The notes under the pieces are model-generated. The model did not search any database. It was not told the DNA's origin and saw nothing but the letters and a program-made list of their open reading frames with translations. A program made the translations under genes and the position numbers. Shown in pieces: positions 38,305 through 47,049 of a stretch of 64,000 bases of DNA (position 1 is its first letter; every line of letters begins with the position of its first letter). The stretch lies in the IMG/VR virus record IMGVR_UViG_3300027996_002186, positions 372,001 through 436,000 of that record; one strand, given 5' to 3'.

Positions 38305-38913
38305 CTAAATAATATGTTTATGAAGAACACTACTTTCTGTCCATATTTGTAAATTACTTTCTCCTTTTTTTGATAAATCTAAAAGCTCATCATACGTTAA
38401 ATTACCAACAACACCACCTTTTATTAATAGGTTCTGATAATTAGAAATTTCTTTTAAAAAATCAGATTTATTTTCCTCCATGTCAGGAAAATCCCAATAA
38501 CCACTCCAAAGTGGGTTATCTATATCCAAAAATTCCTCTATTGTTCTTTCTACAAACCACCAAGTAGATCCCAACCCACCATTTCTTAATTCCCTACTAA
38601 ATGAGAATTTAGCATCCTTATTTGGAATTGGTTTGTATGGATTTCCATACCAAGATAAGTATTTTGTTTGGCTTTCTGTTGGATTTAAATAAAAATGAAT
38701 AGATTTTGTAGGATTTTGTAAACCAAGGTTTTTATAATTATTAAGAAAAGAAACATAGTCTTCATCCATAGATTGACCTGTTGATACATTCCTTAATTTA
38801 GGATCATCAATATATTCTTCTTTATCAACTTTAACTCCCCTGAGTAATGAATTTCCGAAAATATCCGGGAATTCATCTTCATAGAATTTTTCAAATAATC
38901 TTATATGTTTCAT
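38305..38913 (-). CDS. Hypothetical protein, CTS-like N-terminus, possible ADP-ribosyltransferase-like fold
   Basis: MKHIRLFEKFYE; LLRGV..KSIHF..YGNPY. Confidence 0.6.
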   Translation of the reverse strand: MKHIRLFEKFYEDEFPDIFGNSLLRGVKVDKEEYIDDPKLRNVSTGQSMDEDYVSFLNNYKNLGLQNPTKSIHFYLNPTESQTKYLSWYGNPYKPIPNKDAKFSFSRELRNGGLGSTWWFVERTIEEFLDIDNPLWSGYWDFPDMEENKSDFLKEISNYQNLLIKGGVVGNLTYDELLDLSKKGESNLQIWTESSVLHKHII

Positions 38914-38961
38914 CAAGTTATATATTAAAATAAGTAATAAGGATTTTTAATATATACTTTG

Positions 38962-39648
38962 ATGGAACATTTAGATAAATATAAATCTTTTAGTATAAAC
39001 GAAGCTGATGAAAAGGAAGTTGAATCGAAAGAGCAACCAAAACGATCAGAGAGAGTTTTGAACCAAGCTCAAAAAGAATGGGATGATGAACAAGAATCCG
39101 GTATAGAAAAAACTGAAAACATGCCAACTATGCTATTTAGTGATGTTGTTGGTTCTTCTAAGATGTGGTCTGATGATCCACTAAGTATGTCAAAGCAATT
39201 ATTAGATCATCATGAACTTGTAAATAATTTATCTGAAAAATATGGTGGATGGGTTGTTAAAACAATCGGTGACGCTTTTATGGTATACTTTGAAAGTAGT
39301 GATAAATCTTTAGTAAATGCTCTTAAATTCTCAAAAGATTTAACTAAATTAGAGAAAAAATATAAACTAAGAATAGGTGTTTGTTCTGGTAATATGGAAG
39401 CCAGATCTTATAGATTACAAAAGGTTGACTTAAAAGATTTCTTCGGGAATGCTGTTAATACCGCTTCTAGAATGGAATCTAAAGTATCTGATGCTAGAGG
39501 AGTAGCTTTCACATCAGTTAAACCAATTTCAAAAAAATTATTAAGTATAATAAAAAAGGAAGTTGGTAACTTAGATAAGGCTGATTTATCCAAGATTGAT
39601 TTAAAAGGTGTTACTGTTGATGCTGCTTATAAAATGAAATTTAGATAA
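38962..39648 (+). CDS. Class III nucleotidyl (probably adenylate) cyclase with CTS-like N-terminus
   Basis: FSDVVGSS, VVKTIGDAFMV, LRIGV, DFFGNAVNTASRMES; N-terminus MEHLDKYKSFSINE. Confidence 0.9.
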   Translation: MEHLDKYKSFSINEADEKEVESKEQPKRSERVLNQAQKEWDDEQESGIEKTENMPTMLFSDVVGSSKMWSDDPLSMSKQLLDHHELVNNLSEKYGGWVVKTIGDAFMVYFESSDKSLVNALKFSKDLTKLEKKYKLRIGVCSGNMEARSYRLQKVDLKDFFGNAVNTASRMESKVSDARGVAFTSVKPISKKLLSIIKKEVGNLDKADLSKIDLKGVTVDAAYKMKFR

Positions 39649-39649
39649 A

Positions 39650-40378
39650 TTATTCTGGATTTGGATCTGGGTTTATCCAGAACTTAACACTTAACCAATC
39701 AGTTCCGGTTAATTCATGTTCGTAATAATCAAATCCAAGTACTTCTATCATTCTATCTAATTTATCTTCGATATCATCTGGTATACTACCATCATATTCA
39801 AATGATTCAGCACCAACGTGACACATATTATCATCAACTTCATACTCAATATCTTCAGCATTTAATCCAAAGTTAGCGAACTTAGCCTTTATCTCTTCCA
39901 CACTTGGTAATTCATCATCGGTTACTTCATCTGGTTTATTAAATGAATATTTTATATTAGTAAATCTAAAATTTGTATTATCTTTGTTTGATGATCTAGG
40001 TGTTGATACATTAAAATTATCAAATATCCACCCAATATCAGCTAGTCTATCAATGGCGGTTGTCATTTCACTTACTATATCACCAAACTCTTCATTACCC
40101 ATATGTTTACTAGCAGAATTTGAATTTATAACTATATTTAATTTATTTTTAATTTTATTACCAGCTTTGAATGTTGGTTTGAAGTCAGATACATCACCAT
40201 TATCAATATAATCACTTATTGATATTTTACCATTAGGTGATTCAAACCAAATAAGATATCCCTTATCAGCAATATCTTGGACTATATCAACCAAGTCAGG
40301 TAATAATTGATTTATATTTTCTTCCTCGAATTTGCTCTCATTTAAGGAAAATTTGTTATATTTGTTCAAATACTTCAT
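39650..40378 (-). CDS. Hypothetical protein, CTS-like N-terminus, dispersed paralog family
   Basis: MKYLNKYNKFSLNES; DLVDIVQDIADKGY; AIDRLADIGW. Confidence 0.75.
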   Translation of the reverse strand: MKYLNKYNKFSLNESKFEEENINQLLPDLVDIVQDIADKGYLIWFESPNGKISISDYIDNGDVSDFKPTFKAGNKIKNKLNIVINSNSASKHMGNEEFGDIVSEMTTAIDRLADIGWIFDNFNVSTPRSSNKDNTNFRFTNIKYSFNKPDEVTDDELPSVEEIKAKFANFGLNAEDIEYEVDDNMCHVGAESFEYDGSIPDDIEDKLDRMIEVLGFDYYEHELTGTDWLSVKFWINPDPNPE

Positions 40379-40401
40379 TGTTATTATATATTAAATTAAA
40401 T

Positions 40402-40432
40402 TTTGAAAAACGAATAATAATATGTATATTTG
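40402..40432 (+). promoter_or_regulatory. Bacteroidota -33/-7 promoter
   Basis: TTTG-N19-TATATTTG. Confidence 0.8.
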
Positions 40433-40447
40433 TTAAAACGAAAAAAT

Positions 40448-41314
40448 ATGAGAGGATTTAGAAGCTACAATAAAAAAGAATTATTTAACCAGATAGACCA
40501 GTTATCTATTGAAAGGATTAATAATCAGATAATTACCAAGTATGGTGGTCGCGTGATCAAAACTGCTAATGTGTCTAACCGATATGAGATATTTGATATT
40601 GTTAAATATCTTAAAGATAAGATTAATGATATTGAGAATAATTTTACCATCACGAATTACCAACTATCAATTAAGGGTGGTCAACAATACCTTAAGCTAA
40701 TTTCTGATAAGATTGATGTTGGTGGTGTTGAATTTTATAAATCATTTTATATACTAAACTCAAGTGATAAATCAAGAAGATTGAGCTTCAACGTAGGACT
40801 TTACTCAGAAACATCTAAGTTCCATGTAGTTAACAGTTCAAAAAACATTGGTCTAACTAAAAAACATCTTAAAGGTGTTACACAAGCGGCTGAAGAAGCA
40901 ACGCTTGGGTTGAATGATGAAACATTCGATGAACAAATAAAATCATTAAAATCATTAGTCGGTCATAGAATATCATTCTCTAAATTAAGAGAAGTTATTT
41001 TAGGAGACAAAGAAGATATACCAAGAATCAACCACCTTAAATTTGACGCATTTAAGAACTCTGTGAGAACTACTCCATTTACGGGGGTTAGTATAACAAA
41101 AGAACAGAGAACGATGTTATATACACATTCTGAGGATTTATCAGAGGTGCCAAATGATAAAGATTTTTACCTTGATGCTTTTTGGTCATTCCAAGTTTAT
41201 CTTAGAATTTTCAATAAACAAGATTCTCATATAATAAAGAATGAAACTGATAGAATTATGAAAATGACTCAATGGTCAGTTAGAAATGCAGTTTTAGAAT
41301 CATTAGGAATTTAA
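40448..41314 (+). CDS. DUF932/DUF945-like protein, C-terminal tag variant
   Basis: VSNRYEI, ILNSSDKS..FNVGLY, KKHLKG; ends VRNAVLESLGI; start moved to ATG 40448. Confidence 0.55.
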   Translation: MRGFRSYNKKELFNQIDQLSIERINNQIITKYGGRVIKTANVSNRYEIFDIVKYLKDKINDIENNFTITNYQLSIKGGQQYLKLISDKIDVGGVEFYKSFYILNSSDKSRRLSFNVGLYSETSKFHVVNSSKNIGLTKKHLKGVTQAAEEATLGLNDETFDEQIKSLKSLVGHRISFSKLREVILGDKEDIPRINHLKFDAFKNSVRTTPFTGVSITKEQRTMLYTHSEDLSEVPNDKDFYLDAFWSFQVYLRIFNKQDSHIIKNETDRIMKMTQWSVRNAVLESLGI

Positions 41315-41317
41315 TTT

Positions 41318-41779
41318 ATGTTAAGAGAAGATAATAGTGGTTTTGTGACCTTTCCGATAGAAGGTAAATATTTCAGTAGATCCAATGGTAAAACATTTAT
41401 TTACTTGGTAGCTTTTGATTCAGAAGATTTCCTCAATAAAGGATATGATTTATCTAATATTAACCTTAACCTTAGAGGAAATTTTGTATCGGATGATGTA
41501 TCAATGAGAAGTAAAGATTTTTCAAAATCTTTGATTGATACCGGTAGATATTTCCCAAACACCTTCATTAAAAATGAGAAAGATTTTGTATCTTCAATAC
41601 CACTAACAGCATGTATTTGTGTAGGGTGGGACACATCAACATTTGATTTTAGGGAGGAAGATATTCCTTGGTGTGCTACTTTTAGAGACTTAACAAGCGA
41701 AGGTAGAAGATTATACTATTCAATAAAAAAATTACACAACACAAAAGAAGTTCGAATTTTGACCTTCAATAATATATAA
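41318..41779 (+). CDS. Hypothetical protein
   Basis: 153-aa ORF. Confidence 0.7.
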   Translation: MLREDNSGFVTFPIEGKYFSRSNGKTFIYLVAFDSEDFLNKGYDLSNINLNLRGNFVSDDVSMRSKDFSKSLIDTGRYFPNTFIKNEKDFVSSIPLTACICVGWDTSTFDFREEDIPWCATFRDLTSEGRRLYYSIKKLHNTKEVRILTFNNI

Positions 41780-41815
41780 AATAAGAATTAATTAATTATA
41801 TTTGTAAAAAAAATT

Positions 41816-43099
41816 ATGCCATACGAAAGAAAAACAGTTGATATTTATATCTCAAATAATTTGAAAAAAGTTTTACAAGAAATCGAGCACGATTCATTAG
41901 TAGCTCAACTTTTATTGAAAAAAAGACATGATAAGGTTGATGTAGCGGAGGATTTCGTGAATTACATATCTCTATCATCACAAGATAAACGTAGAATATC
42001 TTATCTAACAACAGATAGAATTGAATCATTATCCGAAGGTGAATATTGGAGTTCTTCTCGTAGATATCACGCAAAACCTGGATCTTTTATCACCAAGATA
42101 TTCAAAAATATACCATCAAAGGAGGTTGAGAAATTCTCTAACCTTTTCAAAGCGGAAGTTTCAAAACCAGCATTTAAATTCGAGGTGGTGACTGGACACC
42201 GAATAAAAGACCTTTATTACTGGGAATCTTATGCTTCTGATAGAGGACCACTTGGTATCTCTTGTATGAAACATGAGCATTGTCAGAAATTTCTTGATAT
42301 ATATGTTGATAATAAGGAAGTTTCTATGGTGGCAATGTTTAATCCAGAAGGTAAACTTATCGGTAGAGCTTTATTGTGGAGTTTCGAATCTTATAAATTG
42401 ATGGATAGAATCTATACAATTTGTGATGAAAAATACTCTTCTTATTTTAAGCAGTGGGCGGTTAAAAATGATTTCTTACATAAGAAAGAACAAAATTGGT
42501 ATAACACAATTTTGTTCGAACAATTTGGACAAAAACGAGTTGAGTTGAAGTTAGAATTGAAATTAAGATACAGCTCATATGACTATTACCCATATATGGA
42601 TACATTTAAGTTCTTAGGAACTAATGGTACTTTATATAATTATCAACCAACGTGTGTTGATTATAGAACACTTTGTTCTACTGATGGTTATAAACAAGAA
42701 AGTGATTATCTGAGATATGATGCAATCTCTAAGGTATTTAGATATCCTGGTGATACTGTTTGGTTAGAATATCAATCAATTTACACACACCACGATAACT
42801 GTAACTACTCAGAATCTAATGATAAATATATCTTAAATGTTGATGCAATATACTGCGAAGACGCCCAAGATTATATATTCAACAGAGAAAATGAGTATAA
42901 TAATAATAGAGAAAGAATTGATGATAGAATATCATACAACAAACAAAGATTAGAAGAAAGAAATAGATATCTGGCTCGCAAAAAGAAACGTGACAGCGGG
43001 TTGGTCAGAAGTGATCTGTTAACAGGAGGGGAAATTATGGAAATTATCGAAGGTAGATCTGATAGTGATCAGATTGACACACTTAGAATTCGATGTTGA
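41816..43099 (+). CDS. Conserved-type phage hypothetical protein (SCM..GRALLW..MDRIY..YPYMDT)
   Basis: 427-aa ORF after TATATTTG; motif set recognised from large-phage proteins, function unknown. Confidence 0.7.
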   Translation: MPYERKTVDIYISNNLKKVLQEIEHDSLVAQLLLKKRHDKVDVAEDFVNYISLSSQDKRRISYLTTDRIESLSEGEYWSSSRRYHAKPGSFITKIFKNIPSKEVEKFSNLFKAEVSKPAFKFEVVTGHRIKDLYYWESYASDRGPLGISCMKHEHCQKFLDIYVDNKEVSMVAMFNPEGKLIGRALLWSFESYKLMDRIYTICDEKYSSYFKQWAVKNDFLHKKEQNWYNTILFEQFGQKRVELKLELKLRYSSYDYYPYMDTFKFLGTNGTLYNYQPTCVDYRTLCSTDGYKQESDYLRYDAISKVFRYPGDTVWLEYQSIYTHHDNCNYSESNDKYILNVDAIYCEDAQDYIFNRENEYNNNRERIDDRISYNKQRLEERNRYLARKKKRDSGLVRSDLLTGGEIMEIIEGRSDSDQIDTLRIRC

Positions 43100-43213
43100 G
43101 CCGGCGGATAGACTAACCGACAGAGAGGGTTTTGTACCTCCACCTATATTTGAAGGATTTTAATACACCTTAACGTTTCAAACAACTTTGATTATTATCT
43201 GTATATAATACAT

Positions 43214-44047
43214 ATGGATATATTTTCATCAATACCCGATATAAATGGTGATGTTCCGGAAGAAATAATCTTACCGGAACAAACGGATTCTATCAGAAGG
43301 GTAAATATCAATGGTAAAAGACATTATGAAGTAACAACAAAAGATGGTGTTATAATTGGTGCTTTCCCAAGTATAACAACAATTTTATCAGAGACACAAG
43401 ATAAAACTTTTTTAAAAAAGTGGAAAGATCGTGTTGGGGATGCCGAAGCTTATAAGATAAGTGTTGACGCTACAGAACGTGGTAATGTTATGCACAGACT
43501 TTGTGAGCTATATTGTGAGCTACCAGATATGGATAAACACAAGAGATTGCAATTGATGTTGGAGACAGCTCGGACTGACGGTGAGGTTAATCAACATGAT
43601 ACTAGAGCAATCATAGTAGGAACACAATTATTTTTCAACTTCTACCACACTGGATTCTTTGATAATATCAAAAAGGGAATATTCCAAGAGAAATTCTTAT
43701 GGAACTATTTTATATACAAAGGTGAGGATTTATCTTATGCTGGTACTGTTGATAATTTTAGTGTTGTTATTGAAAACGGACATAAGAAAGTTATTGATTT
43801 CAAAACGTCTAAGAAAAGAAAACCAGATAAATGGATAATATCTTATAAAAAGCAATGTGCTGCTTATTCATATGCTATAAAAGCAAGGTATGATATCATG
43901 CCTGATGGTTGTGAGATATGGATTAGTAATGAGATGGATAATGATCCACAATGTTTCAAGATGAATTCGGATGATATAAAATATTATTTCAAGGAATTTA
44001 TGAAAGACAGGAGAAAACTTAATCAAATAAAAAAAGAGACTGTTTAA
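43214..44047 (+). CDS. PD-(D/E)xK exonuclease
   Basis: PSITTIL, RGNVMH, YAGTVD, IDFKTS, YKKQCAAY. Confidence 0.9.
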   Translation: MDIFSSIPDINGDVPEEIILPEQTDSIRRVNINGKRHYEVTTKDGVIIGAFPSITTILSETQDKTFLKKWKDRVGDAEAYKISVDATERGNVMHRLCELYCELPDMDKHKRLQLMLETARTDGEVNQHDTRAIIVGTQLFFNFYHTGFFDNIKKGIFQEKFLWNYFIYKGEDLSYAGTVDNFSVVIENGHKKVIDFKTSKKRKPDKWIISYKKQCAAYSYAIKARYDIMPDGCEIWISNEMDNDPQCFKMNSDDIKYYFKEFMKDRRKLNQIKKETV

Positions 44048-44058
44048 GTCTCTTTTTT
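44030..44058. terminator. Bidirectional intrinsic terminator
   Basis: aaaaaagagact-gttta-agtctctttttt between convergent genes. Confidence 0.85.
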
Positions 44059-44076
44059 ATTTGATGTTTTAATTAA

Positions 44077-44538
44077 TTAAACAGTCTCTAACATTTCAAT
44101 AAATAATTCCTTCTTCTTTAGTAAAGTTAATATATTATCAGTAACCTCAAATTTAGGATTTGAATAAACAACTTCCATTTTACCAGTAATTAAATCAATT
44201 TTGTTATTACTACCCCATTCTGATATAATTACGGATAATTCTTCATATATTTTAGTGTTAAGATCATCACGTAATTTTTTCATCGAATTTTTGAATTCTC
44301 CATCAATTTCAACAGCTTCTTCTTGTAATTGTTGAAACCTTTCAGCTCTTGTTTTTTGTGTTTTTTGATCGACAACCACTCCACTATTAGAGGTTCTGAT
44401 AATTGATTCCATTTCTGTTTTTAATGGTGTCATTTTATCTACAAATCTTTCTCTTTCGGTATTTATTTCTTTAACACCGTCTTGGTAGTTTATGTAATGT
44501 TTTGTTAAGATTTCGAAATCTACTATTCTGGTTTCCAT
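44077..44538 (-). CDS. OmpH/Skp-like chaperone lacking a signal peptide
   Basis: IVDFEIL start, long coiled-coil hairpin, IDLI..VVYSNPKFEVTDNILTLL C-terminus. Confidence 0.7.
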   Translation of the reverse strand: METRIVDFEILTKHYINYQDGVKEINTERERFVDKMTPLKTEMESIIRTSNSGVVVDQKTQKTRAERFQQLQEEAVEIDGEFKNSMKKLRDDLNTKIYEELSVIISEWGSNNKIDLITGKMEVVYSNPKFEVTDNILTLLKKKELFIEMLETV

Positions 44539-44576
44539 AATTTAAAATTTTATTTACATATTATAGTATAATAATC

Positions 44577-45455
44577 TTAAATGTTGGGTATTAAAATATC
44601 TAAAGCTGTCTTATACCTATTTAATAGGTTTTGATCGAATGATAATGATGTATTATTTGCATCTATTAATGTTGTTTCTCCATTTAGTTCTGTTACTTCT
44701 AAGTAATAAATAACCTCACCAACTATTCTAGCATATTGTTGGTTCTCTAAATAATATTTAGCATTTGCTGTATATGTATCAATCTCTCTTATTTGACCAA
44801 TGATATTGTTTTTAACAACATCTAATTTATAATTTAATTCTAAGAAACTAGATCTTTCGTATGTTTTTATCAGGTATTCTCTAGAGTGTGTTGTTGGTAT
44901 TTGAGTTTCTATTGATGATTGAGTACCAATATTTATATTTTGTAATATTTCAATATTCGTTGGTAAATCATCCACCCATTCAGCTCTTGATATTTGAATA
45001 AGATAAGTATCCGAATTTAAAACATTAATACTAACTACATCCTCTTGTCGTGTAAATGATATTGATTGTGTGTATCCAGTTTGTGAGAATGTGCTTGATA
45101 ATGGATTAGATAAATTCATCTGTATAGCATTTGCATCAGATGTTAGTATATCAAATGAGCTTTGATAAACATTATTTTTGTTATAAAGGTTAGATAATTT
45201 TTTTAGAAATGAGGATGTTGTTTGGAATAAAATAGGATCCCAAGTTTTCTTTTTAACAACATCTACATCAGCAGCATCGATTATATCAATATAATAATAA
45301 TCATATAAAACTTGTTCAAGTTCAGCATAATCACCATTCGATACCAACTCATCAATATATTTAGTGTATTCAAAAACATTATCTCTACCTTTAGTAGCGA
45401 TACTATCAATTTTTTTATAAATTTTTTCTTGTTTTCTTCTGTATAAAGTGCTCAT
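44577..45455 (-). CDS. Hypothetical late (probably virion) protein
   Basis: TAATATATA 4 nt upstream; T/S/N-rich beta-type composition. Confidence 0.7.
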   Translation of the reverse strand: MSTLYRRKQEKIYKKIDSIATKGRDNVFEYTKYIDELVSNGDYAELEQVLYDYYYIDIIDAADVDVVKKKTWDPILFQTTSSFLKKLSNLYNKNNVYQSSFDILTSDANAIQMNLSNPLSSTFSQTGYTQSISFTRQEDVVSINVLNSDTYLIQISRAEWVDDLPTNIEILQNINIGTQSSIETQIPTTHSREYLIKTYERSSFLELNYKLDVVKNNIIGQIREIDTYTANAKYYLENQQYARIVGEVIYYLEVTELNGETTLIDANNTSLSFDQNLLNRYKTALDILIPNI

Positions 45456-45516
45456 AACTTATATATTAAGAAACTAAATATACATTAGTCATTACTGATA
45501 CATATAGCGAATGAAA

Positions 45517-45942
45517 TCACCAAAATTGCCGTCTGTTCTGACTATCTAATGTGGTATCAACATCTGAAATATATTGCATATGGCACACAAAGTATAACAT
45601 TGGTCCTAATCCGAAATTGAATTCAAATTCAAACCCAATTTTATATCCTATGGATTCTAACCTTTGTTTAATTTCTTCGATTGTTTTTAGAAAATTCATT
45701 TGATTTGTTATCTCACTTATATTTGTTATTCCATAAGCACTACCAACATCAATCGGATCAAGTATCGATTCTTCTAAATTTTTTCTAAATTCAAAGAAAT
45801 AAGATCCATGTGAAGCAGTATCAAAAAATTTTATATCGAATCCATCATCAATAATTTCAATGAATAAATCATTAACATCATCATTACTTAGATAATTGTG
45901 GCTCGACTCAAATACTTTGAATTTCTTAACCTTCTTCCTCAC
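45517..45942 (-). CDS. Hypothetical protein, CTS-like N-terminus, dispersed paralog family
   Basis: GTG start, MRKKVKKFKVFES; DVNDLFIEIIDDGF; KQRLESIGY. Confidence 0.7.
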   Translation of the reverse strand: MRKKVKKFKVFESSHNYLSNDDVNDLFIEIIDDGFDIKFFDTASHGSYFFEFRKNLEESILDPIDVGSAYGITNISEITNQMNFLKTIEEIKQRLESIGYKIGFEFEFNFGLGPMLYFVCHMQYISDVDTTLDSQNRRQFW

Positions 45943-47038
45943 CTGTTATTATCTTTTTGATTTCTTCTACTTGGTCTTTTTTAGAATCATCTTGTAACAT
46001 ATCAGCTAAATCAGCGACAGTTTTCATTTTATCAGCATCATCCTTTATATTACCCAAAGATTCTGCTGCTTTTTTAGCTTCTTCACTTTGGTCAACCTCA
46101 ATTTTCATTAAGATATCTTCCTTTGTCTTTTTAAAATCAGCATCTTCGAAAGATATATCATCACCAGAAACATCTTTAACCTTTTTAACACCAATCATTT
46201 CCTTATCTTGTAAGTCTTGCATTGGTCCTTCATCAGTTTTTTTCTTATCATCATCACTTAACTTTTCCCACTCATCCGCACTGAATTTATCTCTTTTATA
46301 AACAATTGTATCTCCAGATTTAAGTTCACCTGGTCCTTCTGATGATGCTTCTATACCTTTAGAATCCAAGTATTCTTCAACTTTTGAAGAATCAACTTCC
46401 TCTACGTATTTTAATAATGTCGGTGTTAGTGTTTTATTAACCCATCCAAGAGCTGCTTCTTTTCTTTTCACACCATCTTCTCCCGCGCTTTGTAAAACCT
46501 TCTTAAAATCTGGTAAATGTGTTGTGTCAGCCATATCCATCTTCTTAGAAGCCGGGTCAATCTTAGCTTCTCCAATTTTCAAGTCTGGTCCCCCAGCATA
46601 TTTAAATTGTTTTATTGCTCTGTTTCTAGCTGTTTCAAAATAATATTTAATAGTTTCTAATGGTGCTAAATTATCACCATAAACCTTTTTAAGACTTTCG
46701 TATAATGGTTCAAGTCCTTGTGTACCAAGAGCTCCTGTTTCAGGATCTAGAATATTATCAACCAAGGTTAAGCAATCTTCATTGTTTGCTTCTGGTTTCT
46801 TTTCAAACTCTTCAATAACAGATTTGAATAAATAAGTACCATCTGATGGGTTAAATATCTTAGTTTCTATCCAAGTGTCTATATCTTCTGTTTTTGGGTT
46901 ATCTCCTCCCATTTTTTCTAGATCTTGTACAGCCTTACCCCACATTTTCTTAAAAAAATCAATTAAACCACCAAACAATTCCTCATTAACGGGAGCATTT
47001 CTAAACGATTCAAATGTTTTTATGTAATTCTTTTTCAT
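45926..47038 (-). CDS. Putative internal virion protein, paralog of 47050-48114
   Basis: MKKNYIKTFESF..VNEE|LFGGLIDFFKKMWGKA; shared domain IVYKRDKF..EWEKLSDDDK. Confidence 0.75.
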   Translation of the reverse strand: MKKNYIKTFESFRNAPVNEELFGGLIDFFKKMWGKAVQDLEKMGGDNPKTEDIDTWIETKIFNPSDGTYLFKSVIEEFEKKPEANNEDCLTLVDNILDPETGALGTQGLEPLYESLKKVYGDNLAPLETIKYYFETARNRAIKQFKYAGGPDLKIGEAKIDPASKKMDMADTTHLPDFKKVLQSAGEDGVKRKEAALGWVNKTLTPTLLKYVEEVDSSKVEEYLDSKGIEASSEGPGELKSGDTIVYKRDKFSADEWEKLSDDDKKKTDEGPMQDLQDKEMIGVKKVKDVSGDDISFEDADFKKTKEDILMKIEVDQSEEAKKAAESLGNIKDDADKMKTVADLADMLQDDSKKDQVEEIKKIITGEEEG

Positions 47039-47049
47039 ATTATTTATAT

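Noticed and set aside
43100-43160. Second structured ncRNA in the GC-richer gap after 43099
   Set aside because: No convincing long helices were found; it is better explained as a frameshifted coding tail.
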